A stretch of 64,000 nucleotides of DNA. Origin: a virus (lineage: Duplodnaviria > Caudoviricetes). The DNA lies in IMG/VR virus record IMGVR_UViG_2597490064_000001, positions 5,421-69,420 of that record; one strand, 5' to 3'. Below are positions 46,710-55,756 of the stretch, piece by piece. How positions within the stretch are numbered: position 1 is the stretch's first letter; every line of letters starts with the position of its first letter. Below the pieces are notes generated by a model. It was not told where the DNA came from, did no database searches, and saw only the letters and a list, made by a program, of their open reading frames with translations. The position numbers were made by a program, and so were the translations under genes.

Positions 46710-47216
46710 TCATATATTTACGTGCGTCCAGATTTTACCCATGCGGATGCTGCTTATCAAGCTCTTGCTGACACCATACTGATCAGCCAGTTCATAAATC
46801 GTCACCCCCTGCGCTTTGCGTATTGCGATCACTTGGTCCTCTGTCAGCTTTGCGTTCATGTTGGACGCTCCGCGCTTCATAACAGAATTACCAGCCCTGT
46901 TTCCTTTGATTTTGTCATTGAAATTATCCTTGTGAGTGCCAAGTAAAAGATGCGTCGGATTGCAACAAGCTGGATTGTGACACATATGTCGCACTACAAG
47001 CCCTTCGGGAATTTGCCCAAAAGCAAATTCCCAGGCAAGTCTATGGGTGGCACGAGTTCTTCTTTTGCCATTAACAAACTCCGTGATTTGCCCGTAGCCA
47101 TTCCCGCGAAAAGCGCCGCACCATGGCCAGCATTGATGGTCCTGTCTTCTTTTAACAGAAAGGGAAAAGCGGTCATAAAGAGATGTTTGGCCAGAAGGTA
47201 TACGCAGAGGAAACAT
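46710..47216 (-). CDS. HNH homing endonuclease
   Basis: CWPWCG...GYG...HRLAWE...VRHMCHNPACCNPTHL..GT..DN; KLTEDQV HTH tail; adjacent to thyX. Confidence 0.9.
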   Translation of the reverse strand: MFPLRIPSGQTSLYDRFSLSVKRRQDHQCWPWCGAFRGNGYGQITEFVNGKRRTRATHRLAWEFAFGQIPEGLVVRHMCHNPACCNPTHLLLGTHKDNFNDKIKGNRAGNSVMKRGASNMNAKLTEDQVIAIRKAQGVTIYELADQYGVSKSLISSIRMGKIWTHVNI

Positions 47217-47218
47217 AA

Positions 47219-47932
47219 TTAAAAAGAGTTTTGGTTTAGTTCAAATGCCTCAAACACTTCTGGGACTATTGGCTTCGCAATCTCATACATTGCATCCGCG
47301 TAGCTCCTGATCTCCCACTGGGCATCACCTGGGCGCCTGAGGCTAAAAAAGTGAAGAAGAGCCTGCAGGCTACAAGTCCAAACAAAACTTGAATAATGGC
47401 ATGTTGGCAGAATGCCGCGTGCCTGCTCTTTGCTCACGCCAACAGCTAACAGCGTTGCATAGGCTTCTCGGATGGTCTGTAAGGCCTCTGCATATTTGAT
47501 TTCAGCCACTCGTGCGCTGCCTTGATCGAGCGGCCCATCAGAAGCCTGTTTGTTACTGGCGCTCTGCTTTCTAAATTCTTTTGGAAAATAAAATTCTTCG
47601 TGATCAGCGGGGCAGTAGCGAAAGCTCTTTTCATTCCAGCCAAGCTGATCATTAGCGAACGTGCCGCCAATCACATGCTTCCACCATTGTCTTGCGACGA
47701 ATAGCGGAGCCTTCACTTGCCATTTGAAGACCACACCACGGAACGGGCTGGTGTGTCGATGGGCGACCAAGTAATTGAGAAGCTTCTGTTCTCGCGGTCC
47801 AAAGTCTGGACTTTCAAGGTCAAAGCTTTGCCTCGCATCGCAAACAATGTCCATTGAGCTTCCCATCCAATCGAGAAGCCGAACACTGCTAATGCCGTCA
47901 CCGAGGGGATCATGGATGGTGAAATCAGTCAT
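47219..47932 (-). CDS. thyX: FAD-dependent thymidylate synthase
   Basis: H.SPF, PLFVARQWWKH...WNEKSFRY, KEQARGILP, AQWEIR. Confidence 0.93.
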   Translation of the reverse strand: MTDFTIHDPLGDGISSVRLLDWMGSSMDIVCDARQSFDLESPDFGPREQKLLNYLVAHRHTSPFRGVVFKWQVKAPLFVARQWWKHVIGGTFANDQLGWNEKSFRYCPADHEEFYFPKEFRKQSASNKQASDGPLDQGSARVAEIKYAEALQTIREAYATLLAVGVSKEQARGILPTCHYSSFVWTCSLQALLHFFSLRRPGDAQWEIRSYADAMYEIAKPIVPEVFEAFELNQNSF

Positions 47933-48291
47933 TGTTCTGGGCGGAGACGCGAAATTGCTGAGACACTAATGCGGGCAGGATGTTGGTCACCCTCATCCCA
48001 AGCCACTCGTGCTTTACGCACTGATCTTCCCTTGCTGTCCTTCTCGTATTCAAAGGAGAGAATCGTACCCTTGAATCCCGAATATATCCATCCATCTGCT
48101 GTGAGCGATACCAAGACCACTCTCTGTCCCTTGGTGAAAGGATCATGATGAGGAGTGCGAAGTGACTGGCGGAACGGCGTTCTAGGGAGAACCGTAATCA
48201 CAGGTTCGGGATCTTGTGCAGATTCCACGGGCCGTACAAATGTCTTCCGCCTGTCGCGCAGGGTTACGCTAAAGGAAAAGGAGAGAGCCAT
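47929..48291 (-). CDS. Hypothetical SH3/KOW-like protein (true start probably internal)
   Basis: FTKGQRVV...GTI...VAWD; ATGA-coupled to thyX. Confidence 0.5.
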   Translation of the reverse strand: MALSFSFSVTLRDRRKTFVRPVESAQDPEPVITVLPRTPFRQSLRTPHHDPFTKGQRVVLVSLTADGWIYSGFKGTILSFEYEKDSKGRSVRKARVAWDEGDQHPARISVSAISRLRPEQ

Positions 48292-48670
48292 GCAGTACAG
48301 CGTTCCAGTGATTCTTGATTACGATGGGAGGAAACACATTGCAACCATGGGTCCATTTGAGCGCAGTATGGAGCGGGACTTCTCGCTGGCCGTCAATAAG
48401 AAGGCCATTGAAGATTGCACCGACATGCAACAGCTCAAAGAGGTGGCAACAAACCTGCTGATCGGATTTAGCAACCTGCAGGGCGCCGTAGGCAGCTTGA
48501 TCAAGGAAAACATGAATTTGCGGCATGCCATCGGACTACGTGATTCCGATTTAAAGGCCGCAGAAGAGCTTATGAATCATGCGGCAGATCTTCTAGAACA
48601 GCAGCAATCATCGCGCTCCAACAAGTCTCCCCAATCTTCTCAATCCAAGTGGCGTCTGTGGCCGTGGTAG
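48290..48670 (+). CDS. NblA-like protein (putative phycobilisome degradation adaptor)
   Basis: SMERDFSLAVNKKAIEDCTDMQQLKEVATNLL...LIKE resembles the S-L-E-Q-x-F helix-loop-helix of NblA; SD AAGGAG. Confidence 0.45.
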   Translation: MQYSVPVILDYDGRKHIATMGPFERSMERDFSLAVNKKAIEDCTDMQQLKEVATNLLIGFSNLQGAVGSLIKENMNLRHAIGLRDSDLKAAEELMNHAADLLEQQQSSRSNKSPQSSQSKWRLWPW

Positions 48671-48971
48671 ACGTAAGCAGGAACACTTTCCAGCCACCCA
48701 TCATGGCCAGATTGTATTTCCTTGCATCGCGGTCATAACCAGACCCTGATACATGGCGACCTCGCATGTAGGTGCCGCCTTGTATCTCGATCAGCGAGCG
48801 GCTTTCGATGTGAGCGAAATCAGCTCGGTAGCGCTTGGATCGTTTGCTTCTGGCGTAGCGCTCTTGATAATCAGATTCCCAAGTGGGCACATCACTGAAC
48901 TCGCGAACAAGCTCTAATTGGGGCCACTGGACTTTCCACTGATCGTGGAATTCATCCTCAAGAGCGCTCAC
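48570..48971 (-). CDS. PD-(D/E)XK endonuclease (resolvase/Vsr-like)
   Basis: SALE..F...YRADFA...IEIQGG...GRH...D..KYN.A...GW. Confidence 0.8.
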   Translation of the reverse strand: MSALEDEFHDQWKVQWPQLELVREFSDVPTWESDYQERYARSKRSKRYRADFAHIESRSLIEIQGGTYMRGRHVSGSGYDRDARKYNLAMMGGWKVFLLTSTTATDATWIEKIGETCWSAMIAAVLEDLPHDS

Positions 48972-48975
48972 AAGA

Positions 48976-49545
48976 TCATACTTTCGCAGCAGTTACGCTA
49001 GCGCCTTGATCTTGATACTTTCCTTCATAGGGCTTGCTCACTTCACCACAACGGAATAGCACTACTTGGGCAATACCCTCGTTGGCATACACGCGGATGT
49101 AGCGATCAGTGGGATTGGTGAGGCTCATCGTTAGGTAGCCACACCAGCCAGGCTCGATGGGAGTGATGTTGGCGATGAGACCAGCGCGTGCGTAGGTGCT
49201 CTTGCCCCAGCACAGTCCCATTACATCGTTCGGCATGTTGAACCGTTCGACGCTCACGCCAAGGCCAATGGCATGCGGAGGAATGATGAAGAACGAGCCC
49301 TTCTCATCCTGCACGAGGCCAGTAGCAATGCCTTCAGGGGCATCTTTCACATCGAAGGTGGATGTGGATTGCGGCGATGCATACACCAAGAATTCCTTGG
49401 AAGACAGGCGAATGTCATAGCCGCTTTGGCTAAGGCCAAAGCTCAGGGCAGGTTTGCCATCAACAATCTTGGTCTTCTCACCCACATAGGGCATGAAGAT
49501 GTCATGTTCAGCGAGCTTGCTGATTTCGATGTCGTTAAGGAGCAT
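48976..49545 (-). CDS. dcd: dCTP deaminase
   Basis: SFGLS..GYDIRL, GKSTYARAG, TPIEPGW.G.LT, YANEGIAQ, GKYQDQ. Confidence 0.92.
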   Translation of the reverse strand: MLLNDIEISKLAEHDIFMPYVGEKTKIVDGKPALSFGLSQSGYDIRLSSKEFLVYASPQSTSTFDVKDAPEGIATGLVQDEKGSFFIIPPHAIGLGVSVERFNMPNDVMGLCWGKSTYARAGLIANITPIEPGWCGYLTMSLTNPTDRYIRVYANEGIAQVVLFRCGEVSKPYEGKYQDQGASVTAAKV

Positions 49546-49579
49546 TGTGAAAGGGGCGCTCTAGGCGCCCCCATAAGGA

Positions 49580-49852
49580 TCAGAACAGATCGTCGGAAGC
49601 AGCTTTCTTGCCGCCACCAGCCTTGCCAGAGTTATCCCACATCGAGGCGTAGCCCTTGGCACCATCGATCTTGCCCTTCACTTGCACTTGGCCAGTGAAG
49701 CTGGGCTGAGAGTCGTTGGTTTTGCGGTCGTTGGTCCACAGCGACGCAGCAAGGCTATACATGCCACGGTCGTTAGGGCCAGCTTCCTTGGCCTCGCGGA
49801 ACACGTCTGCGGGGATGTCGATTGCGACTTTGTAGAGAGGCTGAGAAGCCAT
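49580..49852 (-). CDS. Putative single-stranded DNA-binding protein
   Basis: K..D.QP.FTG; acidic DDLF tail; next to the exonuclease. Confidence 0.55.
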   Translation of the reverse strand: MASQPLYKVAIDIPADVFREAKEAGPNDRGMYSLAASLWTNDRKTNDSQPSFTGQVQVKGKIDGAKGYASMWDNSGKAGGGKKAASDDLF

Positions 49853-49899
49853 GGTTGAAAAAGAAGAACGGAACAAGAGTAGCGACTATGGACGGGGGA

Positions 49900-50661
49900 T
49901 CAAGCCCCCTTGTCCATAGAAATTGTGAAGGGCACACGACCGGGGTAGTGGTCGAAGAAGAACTGTTGGGTCTTCTGTGTCATCACGCCGGCTTGCGCTA
50001 CAAGCTCACCGGCATCCAGGCTCACAATTTGAGCCTGTTCACCCTGTCCAGTGTCGGGGTCGTAGATGGCAATGGCGCAGTGCGCCTCATTGATCTCGAT
50101 GTCATACATCTGTTCAATGGCCTGCACATAGGCTCCAAGCTGCATGCGGTAGTCCGCAAGCATCGAGTCGCTCTTGTGCTTGTAACTGGTCTTCCAATCG
50201 AGCAGCGCATAGGCGCCGCTCTTCATGGTGGCGAGCATATCGAACGTGCCCGCGTAACCAATCTCCCTGGAAGGGCAGTACCACGAGATGGCGCTTTCGA
50301 CGAGCTGAGGCTCGTCTATCTGGTCCAGGAAGTCCTGAATACTCTCGTAGTAAGGGAGGAATTGAGGCGCATTATCAAAATGCGTCTCAATATCCTCCCC
50401 ATTGAAGAGATCTTCTAACACTCCATGGAGCCAGTTGCCACGTTCAACGGCATTGCGCGTGCGGCGGTTTGCTTCCGCATCGCCTACACGCTTGCGCCAG
50501 TTGATGAGGGCCATGGTTTTGCCGATGGGGGCGGTGGCCGAGGCGATGGTTGTAACTGACGGCAGAACGATACCCGCTGGGACATTAGGAAGATCCTCCG
50601 AAACGTAGTAACGCTTCTTATTGATCTGAAGTCGATTCGGCTCGTAACGTGGGAATTTCAT
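49900..50661 (-). CDS. PD-(D/E)XK exonuclease (Cas4/RecB-like)
   Basis: LPSVTTI, RG..LH, YAGTFD...LDWKTS, Y.MQL.AY. Confidence 0.88.
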   Translation of the reverse strand: MKFPRYEPNRLQINKKRYYVSEDLPNVPAGIVLPSVTTIASATAPIGKTMALINWRKRVGDAEANRRTRNAVERGNWLHGVLEDLFNGEDIETHFDNAPQFLPYYESIQDFLDQIDEPQLVESAISWYCPSREIGYAGTFDMLATMKSGAYALLDWKTSYKHKSDSMLADYRMQLGAYVQAIEQMYDIEINEAHCAIAIYDPDTGQGEQAQIVSLDAGELVAQAGVMTQKTQQFFFDHYPGRVPFTISMDKGA

Positions 50662-50852
50662 CAGCGATTGCGCACGCAGTAGGTGCCGGAGATGTAATAG
50701 CCCATGGGACAGGTGGAACCTTCACGCTGAATGGCATTCCTGGCGGTCTGCGTTGGCACGCAGTAGCTGCTGGAGATGTAGTAGCCGATGGGGCAGGATC
50801 CAGTGCGAGGAAGAGGCTGAGCGAGCTGGGCCAGGATGAGGAGGGAAATCAT
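50661..50852 (-). CDS. Small Cys-rich protein with signal-like N-terminus
   Basis: Two tandem CP.GYY.S..YCV repeats. Confidence 0.6.
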   Translation of the reverse strand: MISLLILAQLAQPLPRTGSCPIGYYISSSYCVPTQTARNAIQREGSTCPMGYYISGTYCVRNR

Positions 50853-51226
50853 TTCTCGTTCACATCCCAGAAATACTCGCAGCCTTCCTCCGTGCATGGA
50901 GGCGCCGCGAATTGCGATTGATACCTCTCTGGAGGCGCAAGATAACGCCAGCAGTTTTCCTTAACAGGGCATCCATCCCCCGTACACATTGCAATGTCAG
51001 GCATGAGATGTCGATTAACAAATGGCTTAAGAAACGCAGGGTCAAGAAGACCAGCATCCATAACGGAAGCAAGCAGAGCCGCCACACGTTTCGGACTGTC
51101 AATGAGATCGTCGGGAAAACTCCAATAGGCTTCATTCGCCTTCTCCCACCATTGTTTGTCCAAGGCGCTTTCCTGAATCGACGAGGGCTTGGCGATGGTC
51201 GCTGATGTAGTCATCGAAAGCTTCAA
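50849..51226 (-). CDS. Hypothetical protein with Cys-rich C-terminal domain
   Basis: MPDIAMC.G..CP.K..C.RY...C.YFW domain; start uncertain. Confidence 0.5.
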   Translation of the reverse strand: MKLSMTTSATIAKPSSIQESALDKQWWEKANEAYWSFPDDLIDSPKRVAALLASVMDAGLLDPAFLKPFVNRHLMPDIAMCTGDGCPVKENCWRYLAPPERYQSQFAAPPCTEEGCEYFWDVNEK

Positions 51227-51395
51227 TGATGGTGCTTTGGAAGAAGCCGCAGCCCATGAGATAGCAGGCGAAATCTTCTACGATTTCTGAAGTCGTTTCT
51301 TTGTAGGAAGTGAAGCTCACTTCATAAGAAGGATTGCCAAAGCGATCAAGAAAAGTGTGGTTCCATTTGTGAGGATGAGCACTTAAGTGGTCCAT
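51132..51395 (-). CDS. Hypothetical protein
   Basis: IVEDFACYLMGCGF motif. Confidence 0.5.
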   Translation of the reverse strand: MDHLSAHPHKWNHTFLDRFGNPSYEVSFTSYKETTSEIVEDFACYLMGCGFFQSTIIEAFDDYISDHRQALVDSGKRLGQTMVGEGE

Positions 51396-51477
51396 GGTGA
51401 TTCAGTGAGAGGATTGTCGTCTGCATCGGCACAGACTGTTCCAGCGAAGGCCCTCGCCAAGAGGGCCGCCGCTAGAT

Positions 51478-52413
51478 CTACTTTTTTGATGCGACGAATG
51501 CCTTAACAGCTTCGACGGCAGCTACAGTGGATACTGCAGCCCCGCGAATGCTGTCCAGCTCTTTCGTCATGGCAGCCTTGGTGATCTTGATGCCTTGCTC
51601 CTTAGTCCAGGAAGACACGAGGGTGGTGATCACATTGCCAAAGTCGCCGATGGTCTTCACGTTGGCGCCAGTGTTAAGGCCAACAGTGTCCAGGGCGTTC
51701 TTGACCGCCATCTGGCATGCCCTCACGTCTGCAAGTCCAAGAGGATTGGCTTCACAGAATTCAACGAGGGCTTGCTTTCCATCGAAGGCAAGAGCCCACG
51801 CTTCTCCAAGATGAGCATTGCCTCCATCAGCAGGCGCTTGCTCCTGTTTTGATGCCGCAGCTTGCTTCGGCGCATCCTGTTGGAGCGGGAGCCGGGCCGA
51901 TCCTTTTTGGTCATCTTCTTTAGGGATGTCTTCGCCTGCGTAGAGACGCAGGCCGAGGCCGGTGAAGGTGGCGATGCACTTAACGGCAGCACGCTGGCAG
52001 TTGTCGCTGATGGCGCGCCCATCCAGCTCCTTAATGGCATTGTGCTTCCGATCCATCACGGGGAAGATCAGAGCAACAGTGCGACGGATGCCGTCAGTGA
52101 GATAAGGGCGAAGGTAGTAATAGCCAGGGCCACCAAAGACCACTTCACCAATGGTTTTCTCTTCAAACGCGACGAAGAGCGTGGGGAAGTGTTCCTTGAG
52201 ATAACGGTAAGCGAAGGGCCAGGAGAGATAGGAGAGGCCTTTGTAGTCCTTCTCAATGTGAGGACCAATGTCAGGGGTGTCGTATGCAGCCTTGAAAGCT
52301 TCGGCACTGATTTCCAGGGGAGAGAACACGCCGTTGTAACGGTCGAGCATGGATTGTTGAGCGGGGTCAGAAGACATGAGGGAAGGATCGTAAAGAATGG
52401 TGGAATGTTTCAT
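51478..52413 (-). CDS. Single-strand annealing protein (Sak/Rad52-like, DUF1071)
   Basis: GLSYLSWPFA, FPVMD.KHNA, QRAAVKCIA..TGLGL.LYAGED.P. Confidence 0.85.
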   Translation of the reverse strand: MKHSTILYDPSLMSSDPAQQSMLDRYNGVFSPLEISAEAFKAAYDTPDIGPHIEKDYKGLSYLSWPFAYRYLKEHFPTLFVAFEEKTIGEVVFGGPGYYYLRPYLTDGIRRTVALIFPVMDRKHNAIKELDGRAISDNCQRAAVKCIATFTGLGLRLYAGEDIPKEDDQKGSARLPLQQDAPKQAAASKQEQAPADGGNAHLGEAWALAFDGKQALVEFCEANPLGLADVRACQMAVKNALDTVGLNTGANVKTIGDFGNVITTLVSSWTKEQGIKITKAAMTKELDSIRGAAVSTVAAVEAVKAFVASKK

Positions 52414-52709
52414 TAGAGAGTCATTCCAGGGGTGTAGCCAAAGCTGCGCTTGTAGCCAGAGCGCTTGTTCTCGTCAGAGGAGTCGTAGAAGATGACGAGG
52501 TACTTGCCTGGCTGTTCTGCATCGCCAATAACAATGCTTTCGCCAGGAAGAGGCCAGTCATTTACAGCGCGAATGTCTGTAATCACTTCAGCAGAATGTT
52601 CGTCGAACACATCGTCATAAACAACGCTTTCGCAGAACAGCTTGATTTCGCAGTCTTCGTGAGTGCGCAGGTAACCATCAAGATGGTCGCGGAGTTCAGA
52701 GGCTTTCAT
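52413..52709 (-). CDS. Hypothetical protein
   Basis: TAATG-coupled to the SSAP gene. Confidence 0.55.
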   Translation of the reverse strand: MKASELRDHLDGYLRTHEDCEIKLFCESVVYDDVFDEHSAEVITDIRAVNDWPLPGESIVIGDAEQPGKYLVIFYDSSDENKRSGYKRSFGYTPGMTL

Positions 52710-52718
52710 AAGGAAAAA

Positions 52719-52967
52719 TCAAGGGCTTTCATCAGGAAAGAGAGCAGAGGGATCTATTGACTCCTGCGTATGGTCGAAGCATTGCTCCCAGGCGTTGTCC
52801 GCGAGGGTGGCGCTTCCTTCCCATACGGGAGTGGAGCGAATGAGACGCTCCAGCGTCTCACTGTTGGACTTTCGCGCTTCGTGGGCGATGTTGCCCAGGT
52901 GAGTAAAAGCGGTGTCGGTGAGGGTGACGTGGCGACGCTTTTTAAGTTCGCCATGAGCATTCGGCAC
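52719..52967 (-). CDS. Ribbon-helix-helix DNA-binding protein
   Basis: KKRRHVTLTDTAFTHL...A.....SNSETLERLIR; probable GTG start at 52967. Confidence 0.65.
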   Translation of the reverse strand: MPNAHGELKKRRHVTLTDTAFTHLGNIAHEARKSNSETLERLIRSTPVWEGSATLADNAWEQCFDHTQESIDPSALFPDESP

Positions 52968-53205
52968 AGTAATCAGAGGTGGGTGAGCAGGAAATAGGCC
53001 AAAACGAAAGAAACAATGAAGACCAGGAGAAGCTCCATCGGGAAGCGCGGCTCGACACACCTTACACACCTTTTTCGATGGTGCAACCCCCAATCCTCCG
53101 AGTCTCATGAGACTGCCGCTGAATGCTTAAGCGTGCATTAAGACCGCCTCAAGGCGTTGCAGCGCCTGAAAAATCTGCTACAACAGCTCTGACTCACCCC
53201 CGCTC

Positions 53206-55194
53206 ATGGCCTTCAACATCCTTGACCACGAAGCCAAGCTGGAGCCTTCCAAAGAATCAGGGAAATATAAGTGTCCGGCCTGTGGCGGCAACAATCTCAG
53301 CCTCGACCGTAACAACGGCTCCTACAACTGCTGGAACGATCCCTCCCCTAAACATCGCGCCGAAATCCGCAACATCCTTGCTCCGATGAAGCGCTGGGAA
53401 CGTCCGCCTCGCGAGGCTGGCAACTATCGCTTCCCTTACGAAAACCGAGACGGTGAAAGGGTTTTGGACGTTGTGCGTCGCGACAACGACGGCAAGAAGC
53501 AGATTTTTCAAGAATATCCTGGCGTCGCTGCCGACACAAAACAACGTAAGCAGGCCATCGATAGCTTGCGTTCGCAGGTGTTGCCATATCGATATAACGA
53601 AGCTGTTGAAGCTTCCAAAGCGCTACGTCTGCCTGTTTTTGTCGTTGAAGGTGAGCTTTGCTGCGATGCTGTATGGCAAATCGGCTTGCCGTCCGTCACA
53701 TTCCTCGGTGGTAGCAAGCAATACCGAAGCAATGGGGACTACTCATCCCTGTTCAAAAACGTCCGTCTCGTTCTGTGTCCCGACCGAGATGAGCCAGGCG
53801 TGGCTCTCATGCGGGAAGTGGCGGTCGACAATCCCGGCGCCCAGTGGCTCTATGCAGATCCCGAAAGTTTTGAATGGGACTCGCTCCCGCAAAACAACGG
53901 TTTCGACATTTCCGATTGGATTGATGAAGGTGCCGACCAAGAACTCATCCTCGGCTCCATCGTTTCCCAGGATCGCCACGAGGGCCATGATGGCCTTCCC
54001 TCTTATGAGGAGATCATTGGCGCCCTAGAGACCATGGTCGGCCTTTATGGCAATGATGCTCGCGTGCTGTTTGAGGCACGCCAATGGATGACGAACCACG
54101 GGCTCAAGCTTGTCACCAGCGAGCTTGAGAAGCTCCTGGCCGAAGCTAAAACCCGCGTGGATGGCAAAGAGGAGATTGAAGTGTTGGACGCCAAAGCCAT
54201 TGCCCTGTCAAACGAAGTGAGGCGTTGGACTATTGCTGGCATCCTTCCCGAAAGTAGCGTGATGCTGCTAGCCGCTGCTCCAGGCAGCGGCAAATCAACG
54301 CTCATTTACAACTGGGCGTTACATGTTGCAACTGGTACGCAGTGGAGCGGCAGACGTTGCGCTAAAGGCAAGAGCCTAATCATCCAGTGCGACGAACCCG
54401 TGGTCGATGCAGCGGAAAAGATGCAGGTGATTGGCTACGACCGCAACGACCTAAACCCTCAAGACATTGGTTTTGTTGAACGCTGGCGTTTCTCCAACAT
54501 TGGCTGGCTTGCCGACCGCATCAAGCGTGATCGTCCGCAATTCGTAGCCATCGACAGCCTTACGGCATGCCTGGCCGGCATGGACGTGGATCTCATCAGA
54601 AGCGATGCAGGCAACGTCATCTACGAACTGCGTGACATTGCCAACACCTATGGCTGCAGCATTGTCATCCTCCACCACTTAAACAAAACTGGCGGCATCC
54701 GAGATAGCTCCAGCTTTGAAGCCAACGTCTCGGAAGTGGTGAAGCTCTACCGCTCAGAGAACAATCCTGTTCCTAACGAATTCCTTCTGGAATGGACAAA
54801 AAGCCGTTCAGGCCTGTCTGGTAAGCACTATTTGGTGCGGGAGCCTGGTACTTATGGCTGGTTCTACAGGGGGCCAATGGACGGCGACCCTGAAGGGCTC
54901 ATGAGGGTGTGCAATGCAGTGAACAACAGGGGCATGGAGCGTTTTGATGCTCATCAGGTGAGCACCATGCTTGGCATGTTTGACACTGGTGCAGCTCGCC
55001 GCATGTTGGAGCAAGGCAGACGCCAGGGCCTCATCTCTTCATCATGGAAACTTGGTCCCACTGGTGAGCGGGACCGCATGTATCACTCTTTTGATTATGT
55101 GGAATCAGAACTGTCGGACTTTGCGGAGGAGAAACCAACTATCGAGAACGCCCCTGAGGAAGTGCCAGATTTTGATGATGGCATTCCGTTCTAA
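53206..55194 (+). CDS. Primase-helicase (Zn finger, TOPRIM, RecA-like AAA_25)
   Basis: CPAC...C; VVEGE..CD...PDRDEPG; AAPGSGKST; VAIDSL; ILHHLNK; acidic DDGIPF tail. Confidence 0.9.
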   Translation: MAFNILDHEAKLEPSKESGKYKCPACGGNNLSLDRNNGSYNCWNDPSPKHRAEIRNILAPMKRWERPPREAGNYRFPYENRDGERVLDVVRRDNDGKKQIFQEYPGVAADTKQRKQAIDSLRSQVLPYRYNEAVEASKALRLPVFVVEGELCCDAVWQIGLPSVTFLGGSKQYRSNGDYSSLFKNVRLVLCPDRDEPGVALMREVAVDNPGAQWLYADPESFEWDSLPQNNGFDISDWIDEGADQELILGSIVSQDRHEGHDGLPSYEEIIGALETMVGLYGNDARVLFEARQWMTNHGLKLVTSELEKLLAEAKTRVDGKEEIEVLDAKAIALSNEVRRWTIAGILPESSVMLLAAAPGSGKSTLIYNWALHVATGTQWSGRRCAKGKSLIIQCDEPVVDAAEKMQVIGYDRNDLNPQDIGFVERWRFSNIGWLADRIKRDRPQFVAIDSLTACLAGMDVDLIRSDAGNVIYELRDIANTYGCSIVILHHLNKTGGIRDSSSFEANVSEVVKLYRSENNPVPNEFLLEWTKSRSGLSGKHYLVREPGTYGWFYRGPMDGDPEGLMRVCNAVNNRGMERFDAHQVSTMLGMFDTGAARRMLEQGRRQGLISSSWKLGPTGERDRMYHSFDYVESELSDFAEEKPTIENAPEEVPDFDDGIPF

Positions 55195-55223
55195 ATAGAG
55201 GGAGACTTAGCTCGGCGTCTCCC

Positions 55224-55256
55224 CGCCCGCCCGACGCTACGAGGCGGGCTTTTTTA
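55224..55256 (+). terminator. Intrinsic terminator
   Basis: GCCCGCC...GGCGGGC plus TTTTTT after the primase-helicase. Confidence 0.8.
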
Positions 55257-55397
55257 ATGCTAACCAATATTCGTTCCACCCCTTTTAGGGGTGAAACCAC
55301 TCCCATCGTGAGTAGTTGGATTCTTGATAAACGGCATTTATTAAGAATGCGGCTAACATAATAAAGATTATGTTATGGCTGCGGCCTAGTTATTGCA

Positions 55398-55580
55398 ATG
55401 GCTTTCCAGAATCCAGGGCTTGAAGCGCTGCACCAATTCATCACTGGCAACGCTCCTGCTTCTCCCATTGAACAAACCGTTGTTCAGGAAGCTGAAAAGA
55501 ACGTAGAAATCGAGGAAATTACCAAGGAGCTACAGGACGATGCCCGCCTGGAACGGCCGAAATGGAAGGGATTTGGCTGA
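55398..55580 (+). CDS. Hypothetical protein
   Basis: 60 aa ending KGFG. Confidence 0.5.
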   Translation: MAFQNPGLEALHQFITGNAPASPIEQTVVQEAEKNVEIEEITKELQDDARLERPKWKGFG

Positions 55581-55617
55581 TTTCTGGGCGTTTTAAGGGC
55601 CGTGCTACAGTGGTCAC

Positions 55618-55750
55618 GGAAAGTCCCGAGCGCACCCAGTTCCAGAACTGACGAGCTCTAGACTCCCTCCAGGCATGGCCTTCTAGCACCAGCTACGCCC
55701 CCCAAGGGGCGGAGCGGGAGTCGGCACCCAGGCCAAGATCCCCTAGAAGA
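55618..55750 (+). ncRNA. Candidate structured leader RNA
   Basis: Downstream of TG-C-TACAGT; several stems and two potential pseudoknot pairings (see findings). Confidence 0.45.
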
Positions 55751-55756
55751 ACAAAA

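Noticed and set aside
49900-50661. CRISPR Cas4
   Set aside because: No Fe-S cysteine set and no cas context; fits a phage recombination exonuclease next to the SSB-like and Sak genes.
55612-55660. Hammerhead ribozyme (GAAA ... CTGACGAG)
   Set aside because: Core-like words are present but stems II/III and the UH site cannot be formed; CTG is itself paired in a hairpin.
55661-55750. HDV-like/theta ribozyme
   Set aside because: A 7-bp P1 followed by GG is suggestive, but L3 is too long and no proper P2, P4 or catalytic-C junction is found; kept only as an unknown structured RNA.
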